Positions 1 through 8,200 of a DNA stretch of 40,817 bases are shown here, piece by piece. Position 1 is the first letter of the stretch, and the number at the start of each line of letters is the position of its first letter. The position numbers were made by a program, and so were the translations under genes. Under the pieces are notes generated by a model. That model did no database searches, was not told where the DNA came from, and worked only from the letters and a program-made list of their open reading frames with translations. This stretch comes from Candidatus Hadarchaeales archaeon. Its GTDB lineage: Archaea; Hadarchaeota; Hadarchaeia; Hadarchaeales; WYZ-LMO6. The stretch is from the NCBI GenBank assembly GCA_038851755.1, contig JAWCKR010000013.1:1-40817 (forward strand), in the 5' to 3' direction.

Positions 1-1
1 G

Positions 2-205
2 CACGCCCTGGCGGCCCAGGTTTACTGCAAGAGGGTGGCGTACGAGGTGGCGGACGAGGCCCTGCAGCTCTTCGGGGGTTATGGTACCACGGACGAGTTC
101 CTGATCCAGAAGCTTTACAGGGATGCGAGGGTGAAATTGATAGAGGATGGGACCACGGAGGTCCTCAGTTTGGAGGGAGCGGGGGACCTCATCAGGAACT
201 ACTGA
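2..205 (+). CDS. Acyl-CoA dehydrogenase, C-terminal part (truncated by window edge)
   Basis: Manual translation from nt 2 gives ...VADEALQLFGGYGTTDEFLIQKLYRDARVKLIEDGTTEV..., matching the ACAD C-terminal signature QxxGGxGY...RDA...IxEGT. Stop TGA at 203-205. Confidence 0.9.
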   Translation, partial: HALAAQVYCKRVAYEVADEALQLFGGYGTTDEFLIQKLYRDARVKLIEDGTTEVLSLEGAGDLIRNY

Positions 206-220
206 TATCCTCGATTTTTC

Positions 221-477
221 CTAATACTTCCTGTAGACCGTGCTTCTGTGCCCCACTTCCAAGACAAAAACCACCATCCTCTCCCTCTCGATGCTCATTA
301 TCACACGATATTCTCCAACCCTCAACCTGTAAAGACTGAATCCCTTCAATTTTTGAACGTGCGCGAAAGGATTTTCGAGATGGATTCCACCTTATCCACA
401 ATCCTCTTAGCGACCCTTTCATCCAGCTTTTTCAGCTGTCTCAGAGAGGTTTCGGTCCACCTGACTTCATATTTCAT
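221..477 (-). pseudogene. relE: RelE/ParE family toxin, frameshifted
   Basis: ATG at 477 reads MKYEVRWTETSLRQLKKLDERVAKRIVDKVESI. After a one-base shift near 375-379 it continues ENPFAHVQKLKGFSLYRLRVGEYRVIMSIERERMVVFVLEVGHRSTVYRKY* with RelE motifs YRLRVGxYR and GHR. The span is 257 nt, one base short of a whole number of codons. Confidence 0.85.
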
Positions 478-695
478 TCAATTCCCAGTTTCTTTTTCAC
501 TTCGCCTGTGGAATAGGTCCGTCCTCTCTTAATGTCCTCCAAGGCCCTTTCGATGTTCCTTATGGTCCTAGCAGACAGCTCTTCCTCTTCAGCGTACTCC
601 ATCAACCTCTCTATAACCTTTGAGTAAGGTTCCCTTGGATGAACTTTCATCTCCCTCAATCTGTCCCTAATTTTTTCCTCGATCTGAATGGTGGT
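474..695 (-). CDS. Putative antitoxin of the RelE-type module; start codon apparently lost
   Basis: The frame reads TTIQIEEKIRDRLREMKVHPREPYSKVIERL...ALEDIKRGRTYSTGEVKKKLGIE, typical of archaeal antitoxins. It overlaps the toxin by ATGA. A TAA (696-698) sits where the ATG is expected. Confidence 0.7.
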   Translation of the reverse strand, partial: TTIQIEEKIRDRLREMKVHPREPYSKVIERLMEYAEEEELSARTIRNIERALEDIKRGRTYSTGEVKKKLGIE

Positions 696-794
696 TTAGC
701 CCTCTGTAGTACTTTATTGATCGCTCCCTTAAACTCACCGGAAGCCAGCCACACACCTTCGGGCTAGAAACACTCGGGTCGGGGTGGACTCCTG

Positions 795-2210
795 TTATGA
801 ACTACCGAAAACCTTCTTCCTCTCCAGGTACCTCCTGTACCCGTACATCCTGGAGAGGATCCTCCCCGCCTCCCTCACGTGCCCGCACACGGCCAGCCCA
901 CCCTCCTGGAACCACCTCCTCATCGCCTCCTCCGTGTCCCTGAAGTAGGAGGGAGGAACGGCCACCACCACGGGCTTGCCCAGCTCCTCCTGGATCCTCC
1001 TCCCTGCCTGGGCCAGCCTGCCCACGAAGTCCCTCAGCCACTCGGGGGGAGTCTCCCTGTAGGCCCTGAACTCCTCCGCCTGCATCTCCACCACGAGGGA
1101 GTGAACGACCTCCTGGGAGGCCACGGCCCTGAGCACCTCGTCCAGGTACCCCCTGGCGTAGGCCGGCCAGATGTCCAGGGGATTGCTCAGGCTCGTCCCC
1201 GCCCTCCTCAACTTCTCCTCCAGCTCCCCCCACCCTCCCTCCAGCCTGGGGACCCTCAGGCCCTCCTCCACCAGGGCATCCGTCTCCACCACGCTCGTAC
1301 CGCCTGAGACCGTGGTCACCGCCACCCCCCTTCCCCTGGGCAGGGGCGAACGGAGGAGGGCTGCCAACAAGTCCGCCATCTCGGTGAAGCTTCCCACCTC
1401 CATCGCACCCGTCTGCCTCAGAAAGCCCCTCCAGACCTCCCCCGCACCCGCAAGGGAACCCGTGTGGGAGGAGGCCGCCCTTCCCCCCTCCTCCGTCCTG
1501 CCGCCCTTCAGCACCACCACGGGCTTTCTCACGCACACCTCCTCCATCACCTTCCTCAGTTCCCTTCCCCTTCCCGGCCTGAGCCCCTCCAGGTACATCC
1601 CCACCGCCTTCGTCCTCTGGTCCTCACCCAGGTACCGGAGGAAGTCCACCGCGTCGAGGTCCACCCCGTTCCCGTAGCTGATCACCTTGCTGAACCTGAA
1701 GCCCCTCACCACCCCCGCGTAGATGAAGTTCACCGCCTGGCCCCCGCTCTGGGAGATGAACCCCACCTCGCCGGGCTCGGAGGGCTGGTGGTAGGCGAAG
1801 CGCAGGAAGGATTCAGGGCAGTAGATCCCCATGCAGTTGGGCCCTATGATCCTCACCTTTCCCCCAGCCGCCCTCAGCACCTCCTCCTCCAGCTCCCTCT
1901 CCCCCACCTCCCCGAACCCGGAGCTGAACACGTGGGCCGCCTTCACCCCCTTCCTCACGCACTCCCTGATGACCTCGGGGACCAGGCGGGCGGGTACGGC
2001 GATCAGCGCATAGTCCACGGGTTCCTCCACCTCCAGAAGGGAGGCGTAGCACCTCTGCCCGAAGAGTTCCTTCCTGTTGGGGTTCACCAGGAAGACCCTC
2101 CCCCCTGCCTCCAGCATGGGGAGGACGAAGTGGTCCAGGCCCACCGAGGCCCCCACCACGGCCACCGAGCGCGGGTGGAAGAGGGCGTCCAGCTCCTGGA
2201 AAGATACCAT
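795..2210 (-). CDS. Acyl-CoA synthetase (NDP-forming), alpha subunit / CoA-binding protein
   Basis: LFHPRSVAVVGAS, IIGPNCMG, ISQSGG, AASSHTGSLAG (phospho-His loop) and NPLD motifs. Confidence 0.9.
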   Translation of the reverse strand: MVSFQELDALFHPRSVAVVGASVGLDHFVLPMLEAGGRVFLVNPNRKELFGQRCYASLLEVEEPVDYALIAVPARLVPEVIRECVRKGVKAAHVFSSGFGEVGERELEEEVLRAAGGKVRIIGPNCMGIYCPESFLRFAYHQPSEPGEVGFISQSGGQAVNFIYAGVVRGFRFSKVISYGNGVDLDAVDFLRYLGEDQRTKAVGMYLEGLRPGRGRELRKVMEEVCVRKPVVVLKGGRTEEGGRAASSHTGSLAGAGEVWRGFLRQTGAMEVGSFTEMADLLAALLRSPLPRGRGVAVTTVSGGTSVVETDALVEEGLRVPRLEGGWGELEEKLRRAGTSLSNPLDIWPAYARGYLDEVLRAVASQEVVHSLVVEMQAEEFRAYRETPPEWLRDFVGRLAQAGRRIQEELGKPVVVAVPPSYFRDTEEAMRRWFQEGGLAVCGHVREAGRILSRMYGYRRYLERKKVFGSS

Positions 2211-2228
2211 CAAAGAAAGAGGAGGAAG

Positions 2229-2348
2229 CTACTTATAACGTTCTTCCGCGTCCGCCTTCCTGACCTTCTTCTCCTTGAGCTCCTTGTACTCCTTCCACCC
2301 CTCGAGGTTCTTCATCTCCAGGTACCTCTTCAGGGGCCTCTCGGCCAT
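2229..2348 (-). CDS. Putative 39-aa charged small protein
   Basis: ATG at 2348 gives MAERPLKRYLEMKNLEGWKEYKELKEKKVRKADAEERYK*. Codons are host-like, it fills the intergenic gap, and a TTTATT TATA-like element lies about 25 nt upstream. Confidence 0.55.
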   Translation of the reverse strand: MAERPLKRYLEMKNLEGWKEYKELKEKKVRKADAEERYK

Positions 2349-2377
2349 CTTTTCCCTTTCGGAGGGAGGGAATAAAG

Positions 2378-2734
2378 CTATCCCACCTCGCCCGTGGCCA
2401 CCACCTCCACTCCCAGGCCCAGCAGGTTCCTCACGATCACGTCGCCCACCCTCACGGGACCCTCCACCTCGACCGCCGCCAGCTCCCTCACCGCCTCCTT
2501 CAGCTTCTCCCTCGGGATAGGCCCCGTGCTCCTCACCGGCAGGACCCCCCCTCCCCTCACCCTCAGGACGGTGAAGAGGTCCCTCAGGGGGAGCTCCACC
2601 TCCCTCTTCACGTACTCCTCCCCCGCCTTGCACTCCAGACCCTCCCACCTCACCGCCCTCCCCCCCTCCACGTACACCCTGGCCCTGCAGCCCACCGGGC
2701 ATACTATGCAGGTGAGTTCCCTCACCTCCATCAT
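2378..2734 (-). CDS. DUF1667-type CxxC small protein (partner of GlpA-like oxidoreductases)
   Basis: ELTCIVCPVGC...C...LPVRS..PIP...GDVIVRNLLGLGVEVVAT; last gene of the operon. Confidence 0.85.
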   Translation of the reverse strand: MMEVRELTCIVCPVGCRARVYVEGGRAVRWEGLECKAGEEYVKREVELPLRDLFTVLRVRGGGVLPVRSTGPIPREKLKEAVRELAAVEVEGPVRVGDVIVRNLLGLGVEVVATGEVG

Positions 2735-3990
2735 CCCACCCACCCGAGCGGGAGGCCCGACACCCTCACCGGGACCTCCTCTCCCAGGGCCCCCACCTCT
2801 TCCTTCCCCAGCGTCACCGTGACCATCTCGGGTGGCCTCACCGCCTTCCTGGAGAAGACCTTTCCCCCCACCTCCACCCTGGCCTCCTTCAGCGGCCTGC
2901 TCACCCTCAGGTAGAGGCCGACCGGTCCTTCCCCCGTTATCCTCTGCGGCACCACCAGCCTCACGTTTTCCCCTGGCCTCACCTCCCTGACCCTCCCGGG
3001 GGGAGGCAGCTTTCCCTTGAGGTACCCGGCCGCGCTCTCACCCGCCCTCTCCCCCGTGAGGGTAACATGATCCACCAGGTCGAAGACCGTCACCGCGTTC
3101 CCGCAGGCGAAGAAACCCTCGAGGGAAGTGCGCATGAACTCGTCCACCACAGGTCCCCCCGTCCTCTCGTCCAGCTCTACCCCTGCCCCTTCCGACAGCT
3201 CGTTCTCGGGGATGAGGCCCACGGAGAGGACCAAAGTGTCGCAGGGAATCCTGACCTCCGTCCCCGGGATCGGGTTTCCCTTTCCATCCACCTCCGCCAC
3301 CGTCACGGCCTCCACCCTCTCCCTGCCGTGGATGTAGGTTACCGTCCTGCGCAGGAGGAGGGGAATGCCGAAGTCCTCCAGGCACTGCACCACGTTCCTG
3401 CTCAGGCCCCCCGGGTAGGGCATGAGCTCCACCACGGCCTTCACCTCCGCCCCCTCCATGGCGAACCTCCTGGCCATGATCAGTCCCACGTCCCCGGACC
3501 CCAGAATCACTATCTCCCTCCCCGGGAGGTACCCCTCTATGTCCAGCAGCCTCTGGGCCGTGCCTGCCGTGAGGATCCCCGCGGGCCTCCCCCCGGGGAT
3601 GAGGAGGGAGCCCCTGGGCCTCTCCCTGCACCCCATGGCCAGAACCACCGCGCCCGCCCTCAGCTTCATCAGGCCGTCCCGGGGGTTCACCGCCTCCACC
3701 TCCCTCTCCCGGGTGAGCCTGAGGACCATCGTCTCCAGCTTCATCACTATTCCCTCCTGCTTGGCCCTCCGGATGAAGCGGTGGATGTACTCGGGCCCTG
3801 TGAGGTTCTCCCGGAAGTAGTGCAACCCGAAACCCGTGTGGATGCACTGGGGGAGGATACCCCCGGGGCTCTCGTTCCTGTCCAGCACCCAAACCTCCCT
3901 CACCCCCTCCTCCCTCGCCCTCAGGGCGGCAGCCAGCCCTGCCGCCCCCCCTCCCACCACCACCAGCTCCACCTCCCTCTCCACCCTCAT
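2731..3990 (-). CDS. NAD(P)/FAD-dependent oxidoreductase (pyridine nucleotide-disulfide family)
   Basis: VVVGGGAAG, GGILPQCIHTGFG, LTGPEY, AMGCRER, ILGSGDVGLIMARR and FACGN motifs. The ATG at 3990 overlaps the upstream stop. Confidence 0.9.
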   Translation of the reverse strand: MRVEREVELVVVGGGAAGLAAALRAREEGVREVWVLDRNESPGGILPQCIHTGFGLHYFRENLTGPEYIHRFIRRAKQEGIVMKLETMVLRLTREREVEAVNPRDGLMKLRAGAVVLAMGCRERPRGSLLIPGGRPAGILTAGTAQRLLDIEGYLPGREIVILGSGDVGLIMARRFAMEGAEVKAVVELMPYPGGLSRNVVQCLEDFGIPLLLRRTVTYIHGRERVEAVTVAEVDGKGNPIPGTEVRIPCDTLVLSVGLIPENELSEGAGVELDERTGGPVVDEFMRTSLEGFFACGNAVTVFDLVDHVTLTGERAGESAAGYLKGKLPPPGRVREVRPGENVRLVVPQRITGEGPVGLYLRVSRPLKEARVEVGGKVFSRKAVRPPEMVTVTLGKEEVGALGEEVPVRVSGLPLGWVG

Positions 3991-5699
3991 CCCCCCAGCA
4001 GGGGCTCCTTGATCCTGCACATCACCACCCTGCTCCTTCCCCCTTTCTTCGTGATCTCCTCCACCGGCCTCCCCAGCTCCCTCGAGAGGATCCGGAGGAG
4101 GTGCGGGGTGCAGAAGCCCCCCTGGCACCTACCCATCCCTGCCCTGGTCCTGAACTTCACCCCATCCAGGGTGGTGGCCCCCCTCCTCACCGCCTCCACC
4201 ACCTCCCCCTCCGTGACGTGCTCGCACCTGCACACCACGTGCCCGTACCTCCTGTCCCTCGCCATCAGTTCCTCCCTCTCCCTCTCCCCGAGCTCCCTGA
4301 ACCTGGGCGGTGCCCTCCTCCTGGGGTTGAAGGAAGGCTTCTCCCTGAGCTCCAGCCCCTCGCTCCTCAGGATCTCCACCACCCTCCTGGCTATGGCCGG
4401 GGCCGCCGTGATCCCTGGGGACTGAATCCCCCCCACGTTCACCAGTCCCTTCACCTTGCGCGAGGGGGCTATGTGGAAGTCCTCGGTGTAGGTGGCCGCC
4501 CTCACCCCTGCGAAGGCCGTGATCACGTCCGTCCTCCGGATGGAAGGGAGGTACCTGCTGAACTTCTCCCAGACCCTCTCCGTTCCCTCCCTGGTGGTGT
4601 CCGTGTCCTCCTTCCAGGGAATCTCCTGGGCGGTGGGACCCCAGAGCATGTTCCCGTCCACGGTGAGGGAGATCCCCCCTCCCTTCGTGTAGGGGTCCTC
4701 CTTCAGCTCCCCGGGGGCCAGGTTGTGGCGGCAGGTCCCCGCCCTCTTCCAGTCTATCAGGAGCATCTCACCCTTCCTGGGGTGGACGGTGAACTCGGGG
4801 GCCCCCGCGAGCTCCGCCACCTCGTCGGAGTAAAGGCCGGCCGCGTTCACCAGGAAGGAGGTGAGGATCTCCCCCCTGTCGGTAACCACACCCTTCACCC
4901 TCCCCCCCTCCACCCTCACCCCTATCACCTCCGTCCCTAGCAGGAGCTTCACCCCGTTGGCCACCGCGTTCTCCACCAGCGCCACCGTCACCGCGTAGGG
5001 AGCCACCACGCCGTAGGTGGGGAAGAACAGGGCACCGGCGGCCTCCGGGGGAAGGCCGGGCTCCATCCGGTGCAGTTCCTCCCTCCCCACCACCTCCACG
5101 GGACACCCGTGCTCCCTCACCCTCTCGGCCGCCACCTCCAGCAGGGGAACGAGTTCCTCCTCCATCACCACCGCCAGCAGGCCCGGCCTCTTGAAGGGGA
5201 AGTCCAGCTCCTCCGCCCAGCGGTCGTAGAGCGCATTCCCCTCCACGCACAGCCTGGCCTTCAGGGAGTTGGGGTCGGCGTCCATGCCGGCGAAGCCGTG
5301 GACCCAGGAGGCCCCTCCCTTGCTCTGCCCCCAGGCCACGTCCTCCTCCTTCTCCACCAGCACCACCTCCAGCTCGTACCTGGAGAGCTCCCTCGCTATC
5401 CCAGCCCCCACGATGCCCGCCCCCACCACCACCACGTCCGCCCTCATCCCGTCCCAGGGCGCCCTCTCCTTGACCTCCCTCTTCCTCTCCGGCCTGGGGA
5501 GCCCCCTGGGCCAGAGCCTGTTCACCACTCCCCCCACCCCGTCCACCCCCGCCGCCAGGTGCCCGAGCTCCACCACCTGCTCCCAGCTCTCCGTCTCCCC
5601 CTCCAGGAAGAGGATGCCGTCCTCCAGGCGAGCCCGCAGGGAGACCCGCGAGAAGGAGGGATCGCTCTTCACCCTCTCCTCGAGCTCCTCCAGCCTCAC
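3987..5699 (-). CDS. GlpA-like FAD-dependent oxidoreductase with N-terminal BON-like domain and C-terminal BFD-like [2Fe-2S] domain
   Basis: GTG start at 5699. N-terminal LFLEGETESWEQ...AAGVDGVGGVVNRL is BON-like. Also VVVVGAGIVG, PRKGE, IQSPGITAAPA, and C-terminal VCRCEHVTEGE...RAGMGRCQGGFC. Confidence 0.88.
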   Translation of the reverse strand: MRLEELEERVKSDPSFSRVSLRARLEDGILFLEGETESWEQVVELGHLAAGVDGVGGVVNRLWPRGLPRPERKREVKERAPWDGMRADVVVVGAGIVGAGIARELSRYELEVVLVEKEEDVAWGQSKGGASWVHGFAGMDADPNSLKARLCVEGNALYDRWAEELDFPFKRPGLLAVVMEEELVPLLEVAAERVREHGCPVEVVGREELHRMEPGLPPEAAGALFFPTYGVVAPYAVTVALVENAVANGVKLLLGTEVIGVRVEGGRVKGVVTDRGEILTSFLVNAAGLYSDEVAELAGAPEFTVHPRKGEMLLIDWKRAGTCRHNLAPGELKEDPYTKGGGISLTVDGNMLWGPTAQEIPWKEDTDTTREGTERVWEKFSRYLPSIRRTDVITAFAGVRAATYTEDFHIAPSRKVKGLVNVGGIQSPGITAAPAIARRVVEILRSEGLELREKPSFNPRRRAPPRFRELGEREREELMARDRRYGHVVCRCEHVTEGEVVEAVRRGATTLDGVKFRTRAGMGRCQGGFCTPHLLRILSRELGRPVEEITKKGGRSRVVMCRIKEPLLGG

Positions 5700-6730
5700 G
5701 CGCTCACCCTTCCGTCCAGCACCTGTGAGAGGTCGAGGATCCTCAGTCCCTCCCTCCCCAGCGCCCACTTGCAGGTGGGACATGCCGTGACGGCGAACTC
5801 CGCCCCCGTTCTCCCGAGCTCCTCCGCCCTCCTCCTGGAGATCTGCCTCGCCTCCTCCAGCGGGTTCCCTCCCCCGCAGCACACGGCGTCTTCTCTGGTC
5901 TTGGGTGGTTCCACCACCTCCAGGCCCAGCTCCCTCAGCAGCCTGCGCGGGGGGTCGAAGAGGCCCTTCTTCCTCCCCAGGGAACAGGGGTCGTGGTAGG
6001 TAACCCTCCCCGAAAGACGGGGGAGGGAGAGCCTCCCCTCCTCCACCAGTTTCAGGAAGAAGGCGGAGGCGTGGACCACCTCCACTCCCTCCAGCCCCTC
6101 CGAGAGGAACTCGAAGCACCCCGGACAGCTCAGCAGGAGGGTCTCCGCACCAGAGGAGCGAAGGGCCTCCCTCACCTCGCCCCTGAGCTCCTCCGCCCCC
6201 CGCTCGTCCCCCGCCCTGAAGGCGGGGAGGCCGCAGCAGTATCCCTCCAGCAGGACCGCCTTCAGCCCCGCCCTCTCGAGCAGGCGCAGGGTGGAGGAGG
6301 GGACCTCCCTCTCCCTCAGCTCGGCCGTGCAGCCTGGGAGGTAGGCCAGCCTCCCCTCACCCACCACCCTCCTCTTCCTCTCCTCCCCGAAGGGATTGCC
6401 GTGCTCCCTCAGGCGGGAGAGGCGGGAGCGAACTTCGGGGGGAGGGATCCCCTTCTCCACCGCCTGGACGCGTGCGGGGTGATAGAGGAGGGAGAGGTCG
6501 AAGTCGAAGGGGCAGAAGCGCCTGCAGGCCTGGCAGTCCAGACACTGGTAGGGTGGCCTGGTGTTTTCCTCCGTGCGGGGGAGCTCGCCGCGGAGCAGGA
6601 GGAGGGAGGTGCGTGCCTTCCCCTGGGGGGAGGAGGACTCGGTCCCCGCCGCCTCCTCCATAGGGCAGGCGAAGCGGCACATGTTGGGGCAGAGGGAGCA
6701 GAGCAGGAGCTTATCCCCGATCTCCTCCAT
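5696..6730 (-). CDS. Fe-S oxidoreductase, GlpC/GlcF/HdrD-like (two ferredoxin motifs plus two CCG domains)
   Basis: CSLCPNMCRFACP, CLDCQACRRFCP, YLPGC..CCG..SCPGC and YHDPC..CCG..ACPTC. Confidence 0.9.
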   Translation of the reverse strand: MEEIGDKLLLCSLCPNMCRFACPMEEAAGTESSSPQGKARTSLLLLRGELPRTEENTRPPYQCLDCQACRRFCPFDFDLSLLYHPARVQAVEKGIPPPEVRSRLSRLREHGNPFGEERKRRVVGEGRLAYLPGCTAELREREVPSSTLRLLERAGLKAVLLEGYCCGLPAFRAGDERGAEELRGEVREALRSSGAETLLLSCPGCFEFLSEGLEGVEVVHASAFFLKLVEEGRLSLPRLSGRVTYHDPCSLGRKKGLFDPPRRLLRELGLEVVEPPKTREDAVCCGGGNPLEEARQISRRRAEELGRTGAEFAVTACPTCKWALGREGLRILDLSQVLDGRVSA

Positions 6731-8141
6731 CTCCCCACCCGGCCTTCCCCGGGTTCATCAGGTTCCCCGGGTCCAGGGCCCTCTTGATCCTCCTGAGCAC
6801 GGAGAGGAACTCCCCCAGCTCCTCCTCCGTCCACCTCGCCCTCACCAGTCCCACCCCGTGGTGGTGGCTGATCGTCCCACCCAGTTCCAGCGTGGCCCTC
6901 ATGACCTTCTCCCACGCCTCCCAGTAGAAGGCCTCCGGGTCCGGGGGGAAGCCCGCGAAGGTGAGGTACAGGCAGACCCCCTCCTGGTAGAAGTGACTGA
7001 AGTGCCCGGAGACGTGCAGCATCCCCTCCAGACCCTTCAGCTTCTCCCTCACCCTTCTGTAGAGTTCCCCGGCTCTGTCCCAGAGAACGGCCACCTCTAC
7101 GGTGTCCACCACCCCTCCCCCCCTCACCACCTCCTGGGCCAGGTGCACGTCGAAGCGGGTGCGGAGCCAGTGCTTCACCGGTTCCTCCCCGGAGGGTGAA
7201 CCCCCGGCCGATCCGCACTCCTCCTCCACCACCTCCCTCTCCACCTCCACCTGCCTCCCGTCCCCCTCCAGCACGAAGAGGGAGAGCACCCTTCCACCCT
7301 CCAGCACTCCGCGGAAGTGAAGGGCCACCTCCTCCTCGTCGTAGATCCTCAGCACCGCCGGTCTGAACCCCCTCCTCAGGATCTTCCTGGCGGCCTCCAG
7401 CGCCCCCTCCACGGAGGGGAAGGTGAAGGAGAGGAGGAGGCGCCTCTCGGGGAAGGGGAAGATCCTGAGGGTGGCCTCGGTGACGATGCCCAGGGTACCC
7501 TCGCTTCCGAGCATCAGCTGCTCCAGGCGCGGGCCGGTTGCCGAGCGGGGAACGGCCCTGGAGCGAACGACCGCGCCGTCGGGCATCACCGCCTCCAGCC
7601 CGACCACCAGGTCCTCGATCTTCCCGTACTTGGTGGAGAACTGACCGGCAGCCCTGTGGGCTATCCATCCCCCCACCGTGGAGGAGGGAAGGGACTGGGG
7701 GATGTGGCCTCCCGTGTATCCCCTGCGGTTAAGCTCCTCCTCGTACCTCCATCCGTTCATCCCCGCCTGCACCCTGGCGAGCAGGTTCTTCCCGTCCACC
7801 TCCAGCAAGCGGTTCATCTTCTTCAGGTCCACCACCAGCGACCCCCCGGAGGGAAGGGCCCCGCCCACCACCCCCGTCCCCCCTCCGTAGGGCACGAGAG
7901 GGACTCCGTATTCGCGGCAGAGCCTCACGAGCCTGGAGACCTCCTCCGTGCTTTCCGGGTAGGCCACCGCCCCGGGGAGGGCGGGCTTCTTCCCCTGCAC
8001 GAACCAGACCCCCGTCAGGAACCAGGCGTCCCTCGAATGGGAGACGAGCTCCGCCTCGTCCGTTCTCAGGTCCTTATCCCCCACCACCTCCCGCGCCTCC
8101 CTGAGAAAAGCCTCCGGCAGAGGGGGGTGAGTTGGACCCAT
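6711..8141 (-). CDS. FAD-binding oxidoreductase, alkyl-dihydroxyacetonephosphate synthase-like (VAO/PCMH family)
   Basis: PYGGGTGVVGG, GHIPQSLPSSTVGGWIA..AAGQFSTKYGKIED, GSEGTLGIVTEA, HFSHFYQEGVCLYLTF, TISHHHGVG and LDPGNLMNPGK. Confidence 0.88.
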   Translation of the reverse strand: MGPTHPPLPEAFLREAREVVGDKDLRTDEAELVSHSRDAWFLTGVWFVQGKKPALPGAVAYPESTEEVSRLVRLCREYGVPLVPYGGGTGVVGGALPSGGSLVVDLKKMNRLLEVDGKNLLARVQAGMNGWRYEEELNRRGYTGGHIPQSLPSSTVGGWIAHRAAGQFSTKYGKIEDLVVGLEAVMPDGAVVRSRAVPRSATGPRLEQLMLGSEGTLGIVTEATLRIFPFPERRLLLSFTFPSVEGALEAARKILRRGFRPAVLRIYDEEEVALHFRGVLEGGRVLSLFVLEGDGRQVEVEREVVEEECGSAGGSPSGEEPVKHWLRTRFDVHLAQEVVRGGGVVDTVEVAVLWDRAGELYRRVREKLKGLEGMLHVSGHFSHFYQEGVCLYLTFAGFPPDPEAFYWEAWEKVMRATLELGGTISHHHGVGLVRARWTEEELGEFLSVLRRIKRALDPGNLMNPGKAGWGDGGDRG

Positions 8142-8200
8142 CCCTCCTCCTTCCTCCTCCCTTCACAAAAACCTAATACCCCTCCAACCCACCTTTCCCG

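Noticed and set aside
5700-6119. N-terminal extension of the GlpA-like ORF to 710 aa (similar extensions at 3991-4128, 22571-22666 and 39369-39827)
   Set aside because: These extensions overlap upstream genes. Internal starts give the usual short stop/start overlaps.
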